A DNA stretch of 64,000 bases from Octopus vulgaris. Taxonomy: Eukaryota. The translations under genes and the position numbers were made by a program. The notes under the pieces were generated by a model, which had not been told where the DNA came from, searched no databases, and worked only from the letters and a program-made list of their open reading frames with translations. The stretch is taken from contig OX597823.1 in assembly GCA_951406725.2 (NCBI GenBank), positions 31,868,001 to 31,932,000 of the forward strand, in the 5' to 3' direction. This document shows, in pieces, positions 1-64,000 of the stretch (the stretch's first letter is position 1; every line of letters begins with the position of its first letter).

Positions 1-309
1 TGGCTTCCATGCCGGTGGCACGTAAAAAGCACCATCCGATCGTGGCCATTGCCAGCCTCGCCTGGCCTCCGTGCCAGTGGCATGTAAAAAGCACCATCCA
101 ATCGTGGCCGTTTGCCAGCCTCATCTGGCACGTAAAAAGCACCCACTACACTCATGAAGTGGTTGGCGTTAGGAAGGGCATCCAGCCGTAGAAACATTGC
201 CAGATCAGACTGGGCCTGGTGCAGCCTTCTGGCTTCCCAGACCCCAGTTGAACCATCCAACCCATGCCAGCATGGAAAGCGGACACTAAACGATGATGAT
301 GATGATGAT

Positions 310-341
<32 letters not shown>

Positions 342-499
342 ATATGTGTGGGGTGGGGTATATATGTCTGCATGAATGTCTGTGTATATATATGGTTTAT
401 TTGTCAGTTTACATTTTCTGTATTTACAGGTGTGATCTCAAATCATTATTAAGTATTTTTAATTCTGGACATGTACAAGTTGGAATCTAGTTTGGGACT

Positions 500-880
500 A
501 TGTACTCAGTCCTGGAGCTAATCCACACATAGTCTGACATTAAACCAATCAAAGACATCATCTAGACATGAAGGTAGAGATGGGTGGAATGTGTCCATAA
601 ATCTCCTCTTTGATCTTGTACTCATGCCATGAGATGCTATGAGCCCTCATGATAATGCTGCTGTATGTACCATCATGATAATCCTGGTTTTTGTACAAAT
701 CAAAGTAATCTTGAAGCTCCTTCTCCACCGTTTTGGTTTTTGCCCTGTAGACAAGAATGTTCTCACCACATGCAAGGTAGGGTTTACTGCCATTGATATG
801 TTGACCACTAGACAATATCAGACGTTTTATTTTGGAGGTTTGCACAACCTGGATGAGGACAAGAAAAACCACATTGATGT
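500..880 (-). pseudogene. Degraded LINE ORF2 C-terminal fragment (RTE-like)
   Basis: ENILVYRAKTKTVEKELQD...DGTYSSII..HSISWHEYKIKEEIYGHIPPIS resembles the LINE C-terminal ESILLYG.ETWT...LDG.YTR...ISW..H...E.YG..PPIS. Confidence 0.6.
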
Positions 881-1620
881 TATAAACAACTACACATGAA
901 GTTGAGGGCCCACCAAAGCTTACGAGGGGTAGAGACTAATGACATGGTATGATGGGATAGATCTTGGTTGCAGCCTCTCAACAGAGTAAAAATGGTGTTA
1001 TTAGTTGCAACAGCATCAGCTGTAAGTATTGTAAGTATATAATGCACAGGTGAAATTAATAGTTTGGAAAATTATAATCTGATTAACAAACAACTAATCT
1101 TAGCCATTGAAGAGGTCTTTGTTGCAGCAGCAGTAGCAGCAGCAGCAGTAGCAGCAGCAGCAGCAGAAGACTGGAGCTTTTTAGATTTTTACATTTTCAA
1201 ACTTAAGAATGTTGTGCTATGCAAATGATTTGATACATGGTTCAAATTGTATGAGAAGTTCTTGATTGAAAACATTTTCAGATATAGAAGAAGAAAAAAA
1301 AACTGATTAAAACTCATGATGTTGAATTCTTCAACTTTAGTCTAAAATCAGCATCTTCATCTTCATTCTCTCTCAGATATTTTTTTTTTCTTTACTTTTC
1401 TAGCAGAATTCACAAATATATTTGTACTAAATGCTATCTTAAGGAATCAATTTCTCTTCTGATAAAGAATTAAATCCTAATTAATTTACTGAACTATGAA
1501 GAAGCGTCACCGTTTCTTAATTCTTTAGATCCTCTATTTTTACTAAAATTATATAGTTTTTGTTATTATTGTTCTTATTCTTTCTGCAGCTATAAATAAG
1601 ATCAATGAGTTTAGTGTGTG

Positions 1621-1656
<36 letters not shown>

Positions 1657-4122
1657 TGTGTGTGTATGTGTGTGTGTGTGTGAAGAAATTCTATAAATGT
1701 CTTTAACAATACAGGAAAGTAAATCAAATCCAGTATCAACTTGAAGAATGGTAAAGTTTTTAATGCCATGCTTTGATCTGTAAGCATTTTCTTGGCTCTT
1801 TAACAATTTTTCTTTTTCCCTTTTTTTTTTTGCTTTTTCCAGCTAAAGTTAAAATTTCTTGTTTGTCGTTTTGTTTCCTGTTGTTCTTTTTCTTTTTTGC
1901 TATATTGATTTTTCTCCTTCAAATCCTACTTTTCCGTTTATTTGCTGTCATGATTTGTGACAAAATACTGTTATTTGTTAAATGAACTGGATGCCCTCAA
2001 ATCCAATTGTCTTTTATCTTTGTTATATATACAACACACACTCAAGCACATATGTATGTACATACACACACACACGTTTGTATTTAAATTTATTAGAAAT
2101 TTTAAAAGGCAAAACAATCAAAAACATTACGGATTTTAGCTTTGTTTAAATCTGGGTGGGAGGGGAGCTTTAGCAATTTTTTACTGATTCATCTTGGATT
2201 TTTGCTATGAAATCATTTCACTCACTACACTAATTTCTATTAGCTTCAGAGAGAAAGAGAGAGAGAGAGAGAGAGACAGAGAGATAGCAAGATTGCATGT
2301 GTGTAGATGAGGTACTTCATTGTTAAGGGATTGGATAACTAAACATAAAGGTCTTCAGCCTCATATCCAGTGATGGTTATTTGCTTAGAGTGACATTATT
2401 TATCTCCTGCTTGATATTCTCTTAGCATGGCCTCAGCCTATTGGCTACAACAAGTAAAGAAAGTATACTACTGTGCATCTAACTCAGCCATAGGCGAACT
2501 TCTTCGAGAGGTGGGCCAAATGAGACATCACTCATCATAAGGTGAGCTTTACTACTAAAAAATTTCAAGGTAATTTTTTTGTGGGTGTGCCATTCAAAAT
2601 TTGCCATGTCTGATCTAACTGCAGGAAATAGATAACAGATTTTCAATGACTTATTCTTATTCCATACAAATAAGCAGTACTGATTCTCACCTGCTGTTCA
2701 TTACATTTATTAATAGCAATTTTCTGGACATAAATATGTTTCATTGTCCTCTTTTCAGCTACTCCCACCCACCCATATATAATTTGTATTTCCTCTACAG
2801 CAAGACACCTGTGCCAGTTGCTTTACCATATTTTAACCTCTCTCAGCACCTGACTTCAAGCCACCTCCCTCTCTATTAGAAAGCCACTCCATTGAGGGTT
2901 CTTCTTTGTCTTGCAAGTTACTTGGCGACCTCACTAATGTTGGTGCCATGTAAAAAGGTACCCTGTATATTTTATAAAGTGATTGGTGTTAGGAAGGGCA
3001 TCGAGCCATAGAAACCATGCCAAAACAGATAACTGGAGCCTGGTGCAGTCAACTTGTACAACCCATGCCAGCATGGAAGACCGATATTAAATGATGACAG
3101 TGGCAGCAATGGCAGTGCTGCTGTTGCTGCTCCATAACTTACCAGCAACAGTTTTCAGGACATACATATACATTCTAATGTGCACACTCTACACACACGT
3201 TTATCAGCAACAGTTTTGTGGACGTACACATATTCCTTAAGGAAGGATAGGAAAATATTAGATTTATAAGCCCTGAAATTCATGGGCATATGGTGTAATG
3301 TTTAAGAGCATGGGCTACTAACCTCAAGATTCTGAGTTCGATTCCCGGCAGTGACCTGAATAATAATGATAATAATATCGAAAATACCTTATGAATGAAA
3401 ACCCAGGTTTGAAATTTCCCCAAGACACCTGATAAAGGCTGGAGGGTATATGAGCCAAAAACGTGTTAACAACAAACAAGATGAAGACAAATATCTGTCA
3501 AATGTAAATAATGTACATGATTCCTCATCTCTTAAATATAGAACTGCATAATATTCCAGTATAATACTTTGACCATGGCTCTAACCAGATAAATACTGAC
3601 CTTTCCCAGTCAGCAACAAATGCCACACACTTTGAGGTTGGATTTCAATACATTCTTACGCTTTCCCCATTGTTAGCACCAGCCACTATTTGGCTAATGT
3701 CCCAAAATGATTTTTTAATATTTGGCTTTCTTTCATTTAAACAATGCGTACTAATGTACTAACTCAAAGTACATTCATCATCATCATCGTTTAACGTCCG
3801 CTTTCCATGCCAGCATGGGTTGGACGATTTGACTGAGGACTGGCGAACCTGATGGCTGCACCAGGTTCAATCTTGATCTGGCAGAGTTTCTACAGCTGGG
3901 TGCTCTGCCAGATGAGATTGGAGCCTGGCAGGGCATCCAGCTGTAGAAACTCTGCCAAATTATTTACATTATTTACATTTGACAGATATTTGTCCTCATC
4001 TTGTTTGTTGTTAACATCATTTTGGCTGATAAGCTCTCCAGCCTTCATCAGGTGTCCTGGGAGAATTTCAAACCTGGGTTCTCATTTCTAAGGTATTTTT
4101 CTGATGTTATTATTATTATTAC

Positions 4123-4165
<43 letters not shown>

Positions 4166-4254
4166 AAGAATAAAATATTTTGAATGACACAACAATGCAC
4201 TATAATACAAACAATGGACTATAAGAACTGTTATAATTTAATCATCCATAGTCT

Positions 4255-4294
4255 GATATAATATTTCGGGATAAAAATTCCTTCTTCAGATATC
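4255..4294 (-). ncRNA. Minimal hammerhead motif, inverted partner of 4546-4584
   Basis: Minus strand reads GATAT-CTGAAGA-A-GGAAT-TTTT-ATCCC-GAAA-TATT-ATATC. Confidence 0.72.
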
Positions 4295-4545
4295 CCTAGC
4301 AATTGATCAAGTCGCTGCTATAATCGGTTTTCCAATGGCTTTTCTTTTTCTGGACATAAATATATTTCATTGTCCTCCCACCCACCCATATATAATTTGG
4401 GGTAGCCATGTATTTCCTCTACAGCACCTGACTTAAAGCCACCTCCCTCTCTGTTAGAAGGCTTTTCTATGTTTTTGTTTTTTTCCGGAAAAACAGAGAA
4501 GCCATTGGAAAACCGATTATAGCAGCGACTCCATCAATTCCTAGG

Positions 4546-4584
4546 AATATCTGAAGAAGGAATTTTATTCCGAAATATCATATT
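4546..4584 (+). ncRNA. Minimal type I hammerhead ribozyme motif (core intact)
   Basis: AATAT-CTGAAGA-A-GGAAT-TTT-ATTCC-GAAA-TATC-ATATT: 5-bp stem I, 5-bp stem II, palindromic mini stem III, AUC cleavage triplet. Confidence 0.8.
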
Positions 4585-4694
4585 AGACTATGGATGATTA
4601 AATTATAACGGTTATTATAATGGATTGTTGTGTCATTCAGAACATTTTATTTTTTACAAACAATACACAATGCTTCAAGTGAACTACAATACTC

Positions 4695-4740
<46 letters not shown>

Positions 4741-5054
4741 ATTATTATTATTATTCGAAATTCCCCCAAGGCACCTGATGAAGGCTGGAGAGTATATCAG
4801 CCAAGACGTGTTAACAACAAACAAGATGACAAATATCCATCAAATGTAAACAATGTACATAATTCCTCATCTCTCAAATATAGAACTTACTCGTCGAAGT
4901 ATTCCTTGCTCGAGAGTTTTTTAATCCTTTCAACTCCACACCACTTGAATGCAGTGGTGTTGGTACCTTACTCTTCTTTGAGATGCTGCAGACATTCCAG
5001 AGGAATCTGAAGTGGATTTTGTTCTTTTTCTTTTCTTTTTTCTTTTCTTTTTAG

Positions 5055-5102
5055 ATATTTTGATCATAGCACATCCCAGTCTCACCACTGTACAGAAATA
5101 CG
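5055..5102 (+). other. Possible 5' UTR exon of PLA2G6
   Basis: A long polypyrimidine tract ends in ttag at 5054, and there is a candidate donor CG|gttaga at 5103. No transcript evidence. Confidence 0.35.
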
Positions 5103-5324
5103 GTTAGAACAACTGTCTGTTACAGATATTGATGTCTTCAGGCTATGGGAGACTCCTTGCAATTTGTTTTCACCACTACATTATACAACATGCATTGAGC
5201 TTGTTTGTTTTATTCTCTTGTACTACAAATTAAAAACAAGCAATATATATATATATATTTATTTATTTATTTATTTATTTATTTATTGCAGGGATCTGAA
5301 TGTTTTAAATGAAAATTATTCAAA

Positions 5325-57427
<52,103 letters not shown>

Positions 57428-57635
57428 GATCTGACTGCATTTTATTTGGAAGCGGGGTGGATTTCTTTTTCTTCTCCATGCACATACACAAAACAAAGGA
57501 GAAATCTTGAACAGACAAATATTTTTTTTTATTTTGTTGAGAATATAAATAGGAAATAAGATATATTTTTCATGGAATTTATATCTAGTTTGTAAATGTA
57601 TTATTCTATTTGGTAAATTGTGATGCTATAAAAAT

Positions 57636-57641
57636 AATAAA
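57636..57641 (+). promoter_or_regulatory. Candidate polyadenylation signal AATAAA
   Basis: First AATAAA about 210 nt after the stop, followed by U-rich sequence. Confidence 0.5.
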
Positions 57642-57713
57642 GTAAATATTGACTTATGTTTTCTCTCATTTATTTGTCACAAACAGGGTATGTACTCCAC
57701 ATTTAGCCACAAG

Positions 57714-57745
<32 letters not shown>

Positions 57746-57851
57746 TAGATAGATAGATATAGATATTGGCACCAAGCAGTGTTTAGGCTACACCAATGCC
57801 AGAACGAGACGACACTGCATAGTGCCAAAGGTCCCAGCAATGCCATCACTA

Positions 57852-58088
57852 TAAGGTACCACACAAATGGAAATATATATAAAAGAAGGATTGAAAATGC
57901 AATTTTAAAGATGTTTATTGACTTGTGGGTTGGAACCTACAATCATGGTTTAGAGGTGAATTCCTATGTGATGGGTGGTATTCACCTCTAAACCATGATT
58001 GTAGCTTCCAAGCCACAAGTCAATAAACATCTTTAAAATTGCATTTTCAAACCTTCTTTATATATATTTCTATTCATGTGGTACCTTA
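57852..58088. repeat. Near-perfect hairpin (~110-bp arms) downstream of the stop codon
   Basis: TAAGGTACCAC...GAGGTGAAT / ATTCACCTC...GTGGTACCTTA. Confidence 0.9.
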
Positions 58089-58102
58089 CAACTTTACTTT
58101 GT

Positions 58103-58145
<43 letters not shown>

Positions 58146-58166
58146 GTGTGTATATATATATATGTG

Positions 58167-58216
<50 letters not shown>

Positions 58217-59241
58217 CATATGTATATATATATAAACATGTGTATATATATATATATATATTTGTATGTATATAAATATATATATATTTGTGTATATATA
58301 TATATATACACATATGTATATATATATATAAACATGTGTATGTATATATGTATATACATATCTATTTACATATGTATGTGTGTGTGTTTATACATAGGTA
58401 CACACACACATTGGATTTGTTTTTGATGTTGTATTCCTTTATTTGTTTCTTTTTTTGCCCCCTTTTCTATGTTGATTTTTTTCCATATCTGGCAAGGCTC
58501 AGGGGAAACACAGCACCCCACCCCCTTCACCTTGTATTCAGAATCTCACAGCAAATTGCTTCCTTTGATCTCGACCTCAGCTTATCTGGGCAATGAAACA
58601 ATGGAGTCTCCCTTTGCAATGTGAACATAGCAAATCTTATCCATGGGGCTTTTATTTTGTGTGTGTGTGTGTGTGTGTGTGCGTGTGTGTGTGTGCATGT
58701 AGCAGAAACAAAGATTTTTAAATTTAAAGGGAAAACAAAAACCTGAAGCAAAAGAGAAATGAAATGTTCATATACACACACACAAACACACATACACACA
58801 CACACATATTCACACAAACACACACGTACAGACACATCCTAAACCTGAGCAGAAAGCTGTAATTTTTTCCCACATTCTGTGTATTTCTTTCTATCTTGTC
58901 TCTTGTAGAAAGATATTTTTTTAAAAATACTCCAGAGACATCATGTCTACAGATGCCTTCCACCCTACCAAACATTAAATGTTTCTTTAAGCTGACTCAG
59001 TCAATATTATTTTTGCTCTCGTTGCTATTATAATTACTGTTACTATCATTGTTGTTGTCATTCGTCTTCTTCTTATCATCATCATCATCATTATTGCCCA
59101 TCGCTATGTTTTGAGTTCAAATTCCATTGACTTTGCCTTTCATCCTTTTGGGGTCAATAAAATAAGTACCAAATTGAACACTGGGGTCAATGTAATCGAC
59201 TTGTCCCCACTTCCACCAAGCTGCCCTTGTGGCAAAAATTT

Positions 59242-59272
<31 letters not shown>

Positions 59273-59289
59273 ATGTCGCATAGTATACA

Positions 59290-59740
59290 ATATCGTGAGT
59301 TTGTTGATTGAAGATATTGTACCTATCAGGGGTGTGTACTGTTTCACAAGTCACAACAAGGACCTCAGACAGACACTACTTTATGCAATATGCGTGCAGT
59401 TCCAAGTAATGCCAACTTTTGCAATACACCTAGATTGTTGGGTATTTCTAAAGTTCACAGATGTTTTTTTTCAGATTGAGTGGTATTGAATGTTTATATT
59501 CGACTCTCGTAGCTGCCACATCTTAGTGATCTCAATTCTCAGGTCTCCATATTTATCAACTTTTTCTCTTTCTTTCATGATGATATGTTGATCTGGCCCT
59601 GTCACGTCAATTATTAGGCAATCTTGTTTGTCCCTCCTAAAGGTTACTATATCCGGCCTTCGGTGCTCTAACACTTTGTCTGTCTACCTTTTCCAGTGTA
59701 TGTTGGTACCAAGCACCTCATATCCATACTTAGGGCTTCA
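59290..59740 (-). mobile_element. R2/R4-type LINE 3' fragment (RLE domain)
   Basis: HRRPDIV...CLIIDVT...EKVDKYGDL...LQKLALLGTARIL. Confidence 0.8.
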
Positions 59741-62700
59741 AGGTTGACTCTGCCTTTTATCCTTATGGGGGCCGGTAAAATACGTACCAGCTAAGTATTG
59801 GGGATCAATGTAATCAACTTTTCCTCTCCTCGAAATTTCAGGCCATCTGTCTGTAATGGAAAGGATTTATTATTATTAATATTATTATTATAATCATTAT
59901 TATCTCTGCCTTAGCGAAGGCAGGGGTATTGTTTTCAGTCTTGTTTGTTTGTCCGTGGACAAGATATCTCAAGAACCGTTGGATGCATGTGGATGCAACT
60001 TTCAGGGATGTTTGGCCTCATTACTGGCACAAATTGATTAGGTTTTGTGATTGATCCGGTACTGGATAAGGATTCTGGATTATTTTTCCTGTTTTTTTAA
60101 CTTAATTTTTGAGAGCAGAGTTTATTTCAGATATTCTCATTTTAAATATCGTCTCTGGCTAATCATTGAGAGGACGTTGGTGTTGCCTCCAATTGTTTTT
60201 ATCACCAATTTTTGTAATGTCCTTTTGTCACCCTTGTGGGAAATAACAAACCAAGTAACAAAGTATTGTACCCCATCTCCACACCCTACCTAAGAGAAGA
60301 TCTCGATCAGCTTTCCACAGGAGGCAACTGAAGTTTATGAGTGACCTGAGCCTGGGAGCAATTCTTAACACTGATAAAGAAACTTCTGGAACATTTTCAG
60401 GCTAATCATCATCATCATTATTATTTAACGTCTGCTTTCCATGCTGGCATGGGCTGTACCAGGCTGCAATCTGATCTGGCAATGTTTCTACAGCTGGATG
60501 CTCTTCTTAACACCAACCATTCCAAGAGTGTAGTGGGTGCTTTTTACATGCCACTGGTACGTCCATTGTCCATGCTGGCATGGGTTGGACCGTTCAACCT
60601 GGGCTAGTAAACTGGAAGGCTGCACCAGGCTCCAATCTGATTTGGCATGGTTTCCTACAGCTGGATGTTCTTCCTAACGCCAACCAGTCCGAGAGTGTAG
60701 TGGGTGCTTTACATATATATCCAACTTAACATGAATGTCTCATTAGAACACCAAATCCTGCATTATTAGTCTTGAGAGATCCTCTCATATAGACACTTGG
60801 TGCATAAAAGCACACACATAAATAGTAGATGAGAATTACCTGCCATGGGCCCTGGAACTCTCATATCATGTGATTTCATTCTACTGGAAACTGTCAGTGA
60901 GAGGCATCCGGTCTCCACATGTCAGTCAAATTTTGCTGCTATGATATATAGAATATTAGTATCGTTTTAGACACTGATGTCACAAATAGGCAGCAGGCTT
61001 ATTAAAAATTAATTATTAGCACCAGAAGCAGTATTAATATCAAAAGGTTACTTTTGTATCCAACTTAACATGGATGAATTGTTAGAACACTGAAAACTGC
61101 GTTATTAGCCTTGAGGGACCCTCTCATATAGGCACTTGGATTTGACTGGCATGTGGAAGAGGTGGAGGAGGAAGTTTAGTGACAGGTGCATACATCATCA
61201 TCACTTAATATTCGTTTTCCTGTTGGCAGGCTTCTTTCAGTTTCCCCCCACCAAATCCACCCACAAGGCTTTGGTTAGCCTCGGTCCAAACTAAAAAAAA
61301 AAACATTGGCCCAAGGTGCTGCACAGTGGGACTGAACCAGAAACCATGTTGTTTGGAAGCTAGCTTCTTAATCATGCAGCCCTGTCTACACTTCTACTTG
61401 AAAATTATCTATTTGAAAATTCCATTTACACTTCAAAATTATAAACTAGAATGTTATTTCAAGTTTACACAGACAGGATAAAATATCATATTATCTATTT
61501 GAACAGATAAGAATTCTTCTGTCAGCCTCCCTTCCAAGTTCTCTTCTTAAAATGAAGATCTAAGTGAGGGTCTCTTGGTGCTGTCCCAGATAAGAGACTG
61601 CTTTAAAAATTAACAGAGTTGAATTTTGACCAAATTATATATTTGGACTAGAAACAATGTGCATTTCATAAGATTCGCCCTGGTTCAACCTCGTTTTTCT
61701 TATCAGTTGAAAAACTTTCAGATTACATTTCTGATATGTCTGTTTGTTTGTTTTGTTTGGTGGATGACTGTGTAGAGTAGAAATGGGCAATTGTATTACA
61801 TATATGCCTGCTTGTATAGCTAGCTAGATAAATAGATAGACAAACAGACAGATAGATAGATAGACAGACGGATGGATGGATGGATAGATGGATGGTTAGA
61901 TAGATAGATGGATGGACAAACGGATAGACAGACTGATGGCCGGAGAGGCAGATAGATGGATGTGTAATATATCATCATCATTGCAATAATCGTCATCATC
62001 GTCATTGTCATCATCATCATTACCATTGTTTTAACGACCACTTTTCCATGCTTGCACAGGTGTGACGGAAGTTGTTAATATTCCACTGCTAGATGCATTT
62101 CCTGTGGCCAACCCTTGCCTCATTCCAAGCAAGATAATCTTTTCCCTTGGTCAGACATGTTTTCATCAAAGATTGGAATCAAGAGACACCACTTGTATAA
62201 CAGTGGTGCTCATTTACAACTATCACACAATATCAAGACAAGGAAACACAAACACACACACGCACAACAGGCTTCTGTCATTTTCTCGTTTTTAAATACA
62301 CTACAATATCTCAGGGCTATAGTAGAAGATGCCCAAAGTGCCATCTTTATCTATATCCATACATACACACACACACTCTCACACATACATACAAACACAC
62401 AAACACATACACATGCACACACATGAACATACACATATGTGCACACACACACATGGATGCAAGAGGCAGGTAGAAACACAACAAAAAGACAAAGAACAAG
62501 CGTCTTCTTATTTAACTCATTTTATCTCTAACCCAGCAGAGATATGATGAAAGACGTTCCAGCCATGGCAGTGCCACCTCTTTATAAGGCACAGTTTATC
62601 AAGAATTACCATATCAAATATGCCTTTCTTCTTTTAAAACAGTAAAATAAGATTTAAGAGATTTTGCTGCTGTTTCCAGCATGTGGAGTGCTCAGCCACT

Positions 62701-64000
62701 TACACGTTAATTTCACGAGCAGGCTGTTCCGTTGATTCGGATCAACCGGAACCCTCATCGTCATAACCGACGGAGTGCTTCCATCCATCCATCCATCCAT
62801 TTCAAAATGGCAAGATGTAAGATGTAGATACATGTGACATGCAGCCAACATATAAAGGGAGATGATATATTCATGGAGCAGGTAAACAACACAGACAGGG
62901 GTAGATTCATGTGGCGTATTTTATCATGTGATATGTCATCATCATCATCACCATTGAACATCCACTTTCCATGCTGGCATGGGTTGGATGATTTGACTGA
63001 GGACTGGCGAACCAGATGGCTGCACCAGGCTCCAATCCCATCTGGCAATGTTTCTACAGCTGGATGCCCTTCCTTATGCCAACCACTCTGAGAGTGTAGT
63101 GGGTGCTTTCTATGTGCCACTGGCATGGGAGCCAGTCAGACATGGGTTGGATGGTTTGATCTGGGCTAGTAAACTGGAAGATTGCACCAGGCTCCAATCT
63201 GATTTGGCAAGGTTTTCTATGGCTGGATGCCCTTCCTAACGCCAACCACTCAGAGTATAATGGGTGCTTTACATACATATATCCAACTTAACATGAATGT
63301 CTCATTAGAAGAGTCTTCCTGATGAAGACTCTTCTGGAAGATTTTTAGGTTAATCATCATCATCAATTAACATCCGCTTTCCATGCTAGCGTGGGTTGGA
63401 CGGTTTGACTGAGGTCTGGCAAGCCAGTAGGCTGCACCAGGCGGTATTGGCATCGACCATGCTCGAATGGTGCTTTTTATGTACCACCAGCACAGGAGCT
63501 GGTCAGGTGGCACTGGAATAGACCACATTCAAATGGTGTTTTATACATGCCACTAGCGCAGGAACCTGTCAGGCGGTACTGGCATCAACCTCCTCTCACA
63601 GGTAACATACCCAAGAAATCTGATAACTATTCCATGATTGAGATAATATATAATAAAGTATTTTTCCCACCCCAACAAAAAATTCCCCTTTATAGGGATA
63701 TCTAGTAACAATCCCAAATAATCTGGGTGCTGCTAATTCTTATTGACAGCTATGGTGACTTGATGTAATATAGAATAAACTGTTCTGCTTTAGAAAGACA
63801 AACAGAATACCAGCAGTAGGTTAGAACTCACAGACCACATCATCCAATAAGTCCATCTGTGCCACCTTTATAAAACAATCAATGTATGATCTTATTTTCA
63901 GAATTGTTAAGTGAATCAGAGACCAACATTCTTTAATCCTGGATAAGTCATTAATCAGTTACATCAAGAATGAAAGTGAAAAATGTAAAACTTTAAGTCA

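Noticed and set aside
430-1021. Possible exon bounded by tttacag and gtaagt
   Set aside because: No coding similarity on +, and the interior is an antisense LINE remnant. It could be a non-coding exon but this is unsupported without transcripts.
63311-63331. GAGTCTTC-CTGAT-GAAGACTC hairpin containing CTGATGA
   Set aside because: No stem II or GAAA arrangement; a simple hairpin, not a hammerhead.

Overview
This is AT-rich, repeat-dense animal genomic DNA. The SINE/RTE repertoire suggests an octopus or other coleoid cephalopod, but that is an inference. The window holds one complete multi-exon gene on the + strand: calcium-independent phospholipase A2 beta (PLA2G6/iPLA2beta; ankyrin repeats plus patatin domain). 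I reconstructed 16 coding exons by hand, from ATG 5325 to TAA 57427. All introns are GT-AG with consistent phases, giving 2343 nt or 780 aa. The introns are packed with tRNA-derived SINEs, RTE LINE 3' ends (one young 2.2 kb copy), R2/R4-type, CR1/L2 and Penelope fragments, mariner/maT relics and microsatellites. The most striking unannotated signal is a set of about a dozen minimal type I hammerhead-ribozyme motifs from at least six different sequence families. Two are essentially intact on the sense strand (4546-4584, 55968-56012). They sit in Penelope-type inverted-repeat insertions and in a tRNA-headed (Pol III) SINE-like chimera, and they explain most of the long palindromes in the window.
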